Translations under genes and position numbers: made by a program
Notes under the pieces: model-generated
The model's input: only the letters and a program-made list of their open reading frames with translations
What the model was told of the DNA's origin: nothing
The model's database searches: none
In this document: in pieces, positions 27,005-32,561 of the stretch
Numbering within the stretch: position 1 is the first letter of the stretch
How the letters are laid out: the number at the start of each line of letters is the position of its first letter
Source: Gammaproteobacteria bacterium
Lineage (GTDB): Bacteria; Pseudomonadota; Gammaproteobacteria; HK1
Length of the DNA: 32,561 bases
Direction: 5' to 3'
Assembly: GCA_041605275.1 (NCBI GenBank)
Contig: JBFIYQ010000001.1
Location: 1-32,561 of the forward strand

Positions 27005-28021
27005 TCACATGTCTTTCGGATCGCGGTAGTAGATCAGCGGCGTTCCCACGCCTCTTTCCCTGGCTTTTTCGTAAGCGAGGTGGCCGATCATGATATCGCT
27101 CACGGCAAAACCCTTGTGCCAGAATATGATTCGCTCGCTCTCCGATTCTCGGCCCGGCTTGATCCCGGCGACAACCTCGCCGATTTCTCCGTAGCAATGC
27201 TCGTCACCGAGCTCGCCCGCCTGAATCAACCCGGCAAACTGACCGTATCGCGACTGCTTGCACTGGTTCCAATCGTCAACGATAAACTTATCCACGGAGA
27301 ACGGCAGCGTTCGCTCCACCGAGAGCACGGCACCGTAAGGTTGAAGCAGCGCGCCGGGCTTGACCAGCGCATCCGGCACCAGAACCTCGTGTTCGATCAG
27401 CCTCGATGCGTCAATGATGATATCCGCGTCGCGGACCGTCTCTGCGGCATTATCTTTGACCACTATGCTCTTGTTCAGTCGCTTCGACATCTCGTCGGCA
27501 AAGCGCTCACGGGACACGGGCCGCCTGCTGGTGACTCGAATCTCCTCGAAGTCGAACAGCCGGTCCAGCATCGCCACGTTGTACCACGATGTGCCGCGGG
27601 CGCCGATGTGGCCCAGCACTCGGGGCTTTTCGCAGGCCAGATACTTGGCTCCCACCGCGGTCACCGCCCCGGTGCGCATCCAGGTGGTGGAAGTAGCATT
27701 GATGATTGCGTAGGGGGCCCCGGTTTCCGGCCTGAACAGCGTCAGGGTAGCGAACTCCGAGGGCATGTCGTGCTGGTAGTTTTTTTGAAAGTCGCCGATG
27801 ACCTTGACTCCGCAGGAACTCACTGGCTCCACATAGCCTTTGAGAATATTAAAAAGCTTCTCCGGATAAGCCAGCGGCAGGTGATCCTTGGATGGCATGA
27901 TGACCTTCTTCTCCCCGTGCGCTTTGAGGCCAAGCTCGATCGCGTCCATGATTTCGTCGAGGCTCAAGTCGAGGGAGTCGATGTCTTCTTTGGATAGAAA
28001 CAGCACTTCGACGCTCGGCAT
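27005..28021 (-). CDS. Ornithine cyclodeaminase/mu-crystallin family NAD-dependent enzyme
   Basis: 338 aa. TWMRTGAVTAVGAKYLA (family RTaA motif) and Rossmann site VLGHIGARGTS. AGGGGG lies 4 nt before the ATG. Confidence 0.85.
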   Translation of the reverse strand: MPSVEVLFLSKEDIDSLDLSLDEIMDAIELGLKAHGEKKVIMPSKDHLPLAYPEKLFNILKGYVEPVSSCGVKVIGDFQKNYQHDMPSEFATLTLFRPETGAPYAIINATSTTWMRTGAVTAVGAKYLACEKPRVLGHIGARGTSWYNVAMLDRLFDFEEIRVTSRRPVSRERFADEMSKRLNKSIVVKDNAAETVRDADIIIDASRLIEHEVLVPDALVKPGALLQPYGAVLSVERTLPFSVDKFIVDDWNQCKQSRYGQFAGLIQAGELGDEHCYGEIGEVVAGIKPGRESESERIIFWHKGFAVSDIMIGHLAYEKARERGVGTPLIYYRDPKDM

Positions 28022-28235
28022 GACGCCCCCTTTTTGTTATTACGCGACGCCCGGGTCGCGACTGCGGCTGAAGTCGGCGGGAATATAAGGTCCAGCTCAG
28101 ACTACGGCAGTGTACCGCGGGTGCGAGCGGCGGGACAAAGCAAGAGGCACGGAGGCGGCTATCGACCCGCGGCGGAAGTCACGGGTGCTGCGGGACTTCG
28201 GACCCGGGTCATCGACCGGGACCATCCTCGCCGGA

Positions 28236-30638
28236 TCAGGCGGCGCGCGCCGAGAAATCGACTTTGCCCAGATCGTCCAGCAGCCGCGGTCGCCCGATTC
28301 CATAACCCTGGGCGTAGTCGACTCCGATTTTTCGCAGCACCTTGAGAATCTCCTGGTCCTCGACAAACTCGGCGATGGTTTTCTTGCCCATGACCTGGCC
28401 GATCTCGTTGATAGACTGAACCATGGCGCGGTTGATCGGATCCTTAGCGATGTCGCGAATGAACACGCCGTCGATCTTGAGGAAGTCCACCGGAAGCGTT
28501 TTCAGATAAGCGTAGGACGACATACCGCTGCCGAAGTCGTCCAGGGCAAACAAGCAGCCGAGGGAGCGCAGCGCCTCGAAGAATCTGACCGCATCGGAAA
28601 GATTGGCGATGGCGGCCGTTTCCGTTATCTCGAAGCAGATTTTTTTCGGCGGTATGTCGCCCCGTTTGAACAACGAGGTCACGTAATCCAGAAGCTCCTC
28701 GTTGATAAGAGACTGTCCGGATACGTTAATGGAACAGAAGTTCAATGAGTCCAGCTTGTGGGGGTGCCGCTTGAACCAGTCGAAGGCGGTGCCGATCACC
28801 CATTTGTCGATGCGGCTAGCCATGTCGTAGCGCTCGGCCGCGCTCAGGAACGCGCCCGGCGGGTGGAAGGTTTCCGGATCGTCCTCGTTGATGATTCGAA
28901 GCAGCAGCTCTCCGTGGTGACTTCCGTTCTTGATGTTCCCGGAGATAGGCGTGATGGGCTGAAAGGCAAGCCGCATGCTGCCGTGCTCCAGCGCGTTATT
29001 AATGCGGGCGACCCACTGCATCTCCCCCTGCATTCGCGCCACTTCCAGATCCCCGGGCTCGCACACGTGGATCCGATTTCGACCGTGGTCCTTGGCGGCA
29101 TAGCATCCGGAATCGGCAAGCCGGAGCAAATCCGTCACCGTCTCCTCGCCCGAGGAAATGGGCACCAGACCAATACTGGCGCCGATGCTGAAGGTCTTAT
29201 CCTCCCAGCTGAAACGGAAGGTGCGAATGGCATCCAGCACGGCGTCCGCGATTTTGCGCGCCTCGTCCCCGGGACAGCGCTCTATGAGGATACCGAATTC
29301 GTCACCGCCGAGTCTGGCGATGGTATCGGACCGCCGCACCCTCGTCTTCAGGATGCCGCCCAGCTGTTTCAGCAGCGCGTCTCCGGCCACATGGCCACAG
29401 CTGTCGTTGATGATCTTGAACTGGTCCAGATCCAGGTAGCACAACGCATGCTCGCATTGTTCCTCGGCGGAAGCGCGGATGGCGGCCTCCACTCGCCGCT
29501 CGAACTCGCGCCGGTTGACCAGCCCCGTGAGCGCGTCGTGGCTGGCCTGGTAGCTCAGTCGTTCGGACATCGCGTGGGATTCCGTGACGTCCTGAATTTG
29601 GGAGATGGTATGAATGGGCGAATCGCCGCTGTCGCGCACCACCGATACGCTGAGCAGTCCCCAGATGGTTCTGCCGTCCTTGTGGCGAAAGCGCTTCTCC
29701 AGCTGGTAGTGATCCATTTCGCCGCTGATCATGGACCGATACTTCTCCACGCTAACGTCGACGTCGTCAGGGTGGGTGATCTCCATAAACAATCGGCCGT
29801 TCAGCTCCCCGGGCCCGTAGCCCAGCATGGCCTCGAAAGTCCGGTTGAGCTCGAAGAATCGTCCGTCCTTGTCCAGAAGAGCCATGGCGATGGGAGCGTC
29901 GTCAAACGCGCTCCTGAACCGCGCCTCGCTTTTCCTCAGCGCGGCCTCGATGTCCAGGCGTTCCTGAATTTCTTCTTCCAGCTGCAGGTTCGTGATTTCG
30001 GTCTGCTCCTTGGCGCGGGATACGCGTTTGACCAGATCGGATTTTTCGAATCCGAGCTTCAGCGCCCGCACGGTGCTGCTTTGAAAATGCACCGCGAGGC
30101 CGGTCATGACCACGGCGTATACCAGCGCCAGCATGGCCATGAAAAAGTAGACATCGTTGCCGCTTGCGAGGAGCCACAGGGTCATGGGCGTGGTCGTGGT
30201 GAGCATGAAGGCGAGGAACGCCGATAAGAGCGGCGCCAGCAGCGGAATGGCGGCGAGAGTGATGCCGCCCAGGGCAAAGCAGATGAGCAGCAAATACTCC
30301 GAAGACACCTGGGGCGCGAATAGAAGTGCGGCGAGACCCCAGACGCAACCCATGATCATGGAGCCGATGATGGTGGCGTAACGCCAGATCTCGTGTCGGC
30401 GTTCCCGCTTCGGTTGGCGATAGTAGGCCACGGCCAAGATCGTGCGCACCAGACTGGCGAGCAACAGCGCCAGAAGCCATGCCACCAGGGAAGCCGGGGT
30501 CACCACGTCGGAAAGCGCGAAGGCAAGAACGGCGCCAACGCCGAGGTTGCCCAGAATGGCAAACTTGCCCTGGTCGTATAGATATCGAACCCTGTTTCGC
30601 CCGACGTAGCTGTTCCGCTGCTGGTCTCTGTCGACCAC
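28236..30638 (-). CDS. Membrane sensor PAS-GGDEF-EAL protein (c-di-GMP cyclase/phosphodiesterase)
   Basis: About 7 TM helices, then a PAS domain (FRSAFDDAPIAMALLDKDG...). GGDEF domain (RLGGDEFGILI) with I-site RRSD. EAL domain with ELLLR, EITE, DDFGSGMSS, KIDG, EFVE and QGY all present. GTG 30638 has no Shine-Dalgarno. The frame is open to CTG 30713, which follows GGAGG by 5 nt. Confidence 0.9.
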   Translation of the reverse strand: MVDRDQQRNSYVGRNRVRYLYDQGKFAILGNLGVGAVLAFALSDVVTPASLVAWLLALLLASLVRTILAVAYYRQPKRERRHEIWRYATIIGSMIMGCVWGLAALLFAPQVSSEYLLLICFALGGITLAAIPLLAPLLSAFLAFMLTTTTPMTLWLLASGNDVYFFMAMLALVYAVVMTGLAVHFQSSTVRALKLGFEKSDLVKRVSRAKEQTEITNLQLEEEIQERLDIEAALRKSEARFRSAFDDAPIAMALLDKDGRFFELNRTFEAMLGYGPGELNGRLFMEITHPDDVDVSVEKYRSMISGEMDHYQLEKRFRHKDGRTIWGLLSVSVVRDSGDSPIHTISQIQDVTESHAMSERLSYQASHDALTGLVNRREFERRVEAAIRASAEEQCEHALCYLDLDQFKIINDSCGHVAGDALLKQLGGILKTRVRRSDTIARLGGDEFGILIERCPGDEARKIADAVLDAIRTFRFSWEDKTFSIGASIGLVPISSGEETVTDLLRLADSGCYAAKDHGRNRIHVCEPGDLEVARMQGEMQWVARINNALEHGSMRLAFQPITPISGNIKNGSHHGELLLRIINEDDPETFHPPGAFLSAAERYDMASRIDKWVIGTAFDWFKRHPHKLDSLNFCSINVSGQSLINEELLDYVTSLFKRGDIPPKKICFEITETAAIANLSDAVRFFEALRSLGCLFALDDFGSGMSSYAYLKTLPVDFLKIDGVFIRDIAKDPINRAMVQSINEIGQVMGKKTIAEFVEDQEILKVLRKIGVDYAQGYGIGRPRLLDDLGKVDFSARAA

Positions 30639-31038
30639 GGCGGCTTTGACGTCTTCGACCCGAAGGCCCTGTGTATCCAGGGTGTCGAATTCCTCGATCA
30701 GCTTGGTGTTCAGACAGACCTCCGGTTAACGTACCTGTCGGCCACCTCCCCGGACCGAGATTCCGGTAAGCAAAAACGCCCCACGACGCCGGGCGGCATT
30801 TCCGGGCTGGCGAGGCGAGGCACGGCAGGCTGGCTCCTGGACTTTTTTCGGCAGCCGGGCGCGGAAACTTTAGCCTTCCCGGGCAGTTGCTCTGACCAGC
30901 GCTCGAGAGAGCGAGGCCCCGAACGCCAGTCGTTTCCGCCGTGCCGCGAGGTATAATCCCGGTCCTCTCGGGCCCGGAATTTGTGCCCATGGGCGCGTGA
31001 AGCCGGAGCCATAGACCCTGGACCACACAGGACTTCGA

Positions 31039-32064
31039 ATGACGACGTCAATGACAGCGCCGCAGGACAGTTTCTCCCGTCCGCTCAAGGATCTGCGAAT
31101 CTCCGTCACGGACCGGTGCAACTTCCGCTGCACCTACTGCATGCCCAAAGAAATTTTTGGCGCCAATCATCCGTTTCTGGACCGCGGGGCACTGCTGACC
31201 TACGAAGAGATCGCCCGAGTTTCGTCGCTGTTCATTCAGTGCGGAGTGAAAAAAATACGTCTGACCGGCGGCGAGCCGCTGATTCGCCGGGATATTCAAG
31301 TGCTGGTGGAGATGCTGGCCAGGCTTGAAGGTCTCGAGGATCTCACCTTGACCACCAACGGGTCGGTGCTCACTCGCGAACGCGCACGGATGCTCAGAGA
31401 CGCCGGCCTTCGCCGAATCACCGTCAGCCTCGATGCTCTGGACGACCGCACCTTCAAAGCGATGAACGACGTCGGTTTTCCGGTGGCCCGGGTACTAAAT
31501 GCCATAGATTTTGCCGCCGAAGCCGGGCTCACGCCGGTGAAGATAAACGCGGTGATCAAGCGGGGCGTAAACGAGCACGTGATCCTGCCTATGGCGCGGC
31601 ACTTCAAGGGCAGCGGCCATATCGTGCGATTTATCGAGTACATGGATGTGGGCAACACCAACGGCTGGCGCCTGGACGATGTGGTCTCTGCGGCAGAGAT
31701 CATGCGCACCATCGATGCCGAGCTTCCCATCGAGCCGGCGAGTCCGAACTACAACGGGGAGGTGGCGAAACGCTGGCGCTATCGGGACGGCTCGGGCGAG
31801 GTCGGGATCATCTCCTCGGTTACCCAGCCTTTCTGTTCCAGCTGCACCCGCGCCCGGCTTTCCGCCGAGGGCCAGCTCTACACCTGCCTGTTCGCCACAA
31901 GCGGCCACGACTTGCGCCGGCTGTTGAGGGGCGACGCCTCCGACGAGTACATACTCGGCACCCTGCAGTCCGTCTGGAGCCGACGAAACGACCGCTACTC
32001 GGAGATCCGCACCTCGCGAACGGCGGCCCTACCCAAGGTGGAGATGTCCTATATCGGCGGTTGA
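31039..32064 (+). CDS. moaA: GTP 3',8-cyclase (radical SAM molybdenum cofactor biosynthesis protein A)
   Basis: 341 aa. CNFRCTYC radical-SAM cluster motif, GGEPL, second cluster [14 protein letters not shown]-terminal GG. AGGA lies 6 nt before the ATG. Confidence 0.95.
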   Translation: MTTSMTAPQDSFSRPLKDLRISVTDRCNFRCTYCMPKEIFGANHPFLDRGALLTYEEIARVSSLFIQCGVKKIRLTGGEPLIRRDIQVLVEMLARLEGLEDLTLTTNGSVLTRERARMLRDAGLRRITVSLDALDDRTFKAMNDVGFPVARVLNAIDFAAEAGLTPVKINAVIKRGVNEHVILPMARHFKGSGHIVRFIEYMDVGNTNGWRLDDVVSAAEIMRTIDAELPIEPASPNYNGEVAKRWRYRDGSGEVGIISSVTQPFCSSCTRARLSAEGQLYTCLFATSGHDLRRLLRGDASDEYILGTLQSVWSRRNDRYSEIRTSRTAALPKVEMSYIGG

Positions 32065-32077
32065 TTGCCGCCGCTAG

Positions 32078-32561
32078 TTACGGTTTCTGGCCGGATTCCC
32101 CCGACACTGAATCCAACGGCGCGCTCCGGGCGCGGCCCTTCGCCTCGTTTAGCCGCGCCAGGATCTCGCTGAAGGTCGGCTCATCCTCGATCGTCGCCTT
32201 AATCTTCTCCTTGTGCTCTTTGCGGTGTGCCCGTAGGTCGAAAACCACCTTGAGCAGGATTAGAAGTATCAGGCCCGCCAAGGGCGAGCCCAGGGACATG
32301 AGCAAAAAACCACCGATGAGGATGGTGATGTGCAAAATGACTATGCGCCCGTAGGGCCGAGTCATCATCATTCTGACGTCGGCATTGAGGTATTCGCCCC
32401 GACCGATGTAGTTCCAGAAAAAAGAAAAGGCGTGACTCAGAAAGAGCGCGATCAAGGGGATACCCAGACCCAGAGCGAGAACGGAATCCAGCATCAGTCC
32501 GAAGTCGTCCGGAGAGCTGCCAGACTCCAGCTGCTCGCCGCCAAAAAGCGTAAAGACGAAA
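32078..32561 (-). CDS. Polytopic membrane protein of unknown function (5' end outside the window)
   Basis: The frame is open from the window edge (FVFTLFGGEQLESGSS...) through MLDSVLALGLGIPLIALFL... to the stop at 32078. Several hydrophobic helices, then a charged C-terminal tail. Confidence 0.55.
   Translation of the reverse strand, partial: FVFTLFGGEQLESGSSPDDFGLMLDSVLALGLGIPLIALFLSHAFSFFWNYIGRGEYLNADVRMMMTRPYGRIVILHITILIGGFLLMSLGSPLAGLILLILLKVVFDLRAHRKEHKEKIKATIEDEPTFSEILARLNEAKGRARSAPLDSVSGESGQKP

Noticed and set aside
1-32561. CRISPR arrays, tRNA/rRNA genes, IS elements, integrases, prophage or toxin-antitoxin modules
   Set aside because: Inspection of the intergenic regions and the ORF translations showed no regularly spaced repeats, no tRNA-like T-arm/acceptor structures, and no transposase, integrase or phage-like ORFs.

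Overview
High-G+C, proteobacterial-looking chromosomal window, probably gammaproteobacterial judging by the Pseudomonas-type five-step hut pathway. I call about 29 protein-coding genes. I found no rRNA, tRNA, CRISPR array, transposase or integrase. Left to right: a tandem universal stress protein; cobS-cobT (AAA+/vWA cobaltochelatase subunits); a convergent CHASE2 Ser/Thr kinase plus small FHA protein; an amidase; a CBS-pair gene and a USP gene that converge, each behind an FNR/Anr-type box; an uncharacterised envelope cluster (Sel1 protein, lipoprotein, 2-TM protein, small secreted protein, GGCT-like enzyme); a membrane GGDEF cyclase; a strand-alternating histidine-utilisation set (hutU, hutG, hutI, hutF), then an SDR, cysQ, a quinone oxidoreductase and a YbaK/ProX-like deacylase; then on the minus strand a GGDEF-EAL protein, an ornithine-cyclodeaminase-family gene, a non-pyrrolysine MttB-family methyltransferase, a possible small ORF and hutH; finally moaA and an edge-truncated membrane protein. 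Most interesting observations: (1) the OCD - MttB - small ORF - hutH head-to-tail arrangement, with no corrinoid partner in the window, which may be an undescribed N-methylated amino acid or betaine route feeding the hut pathway; (2) exact class-II FNR/Anr promoter geometry on both sides of the CBS/USP pair; (3) two genes whose best start is a CTG codon behind a strong Shine-Dalgarno; (4) a seemingly lower-G+C CHASE2-kinase/FHA module next to a 450-nt structured non-coding region. All functional calls rest on motif and domain recognition by eye. No database search was run.
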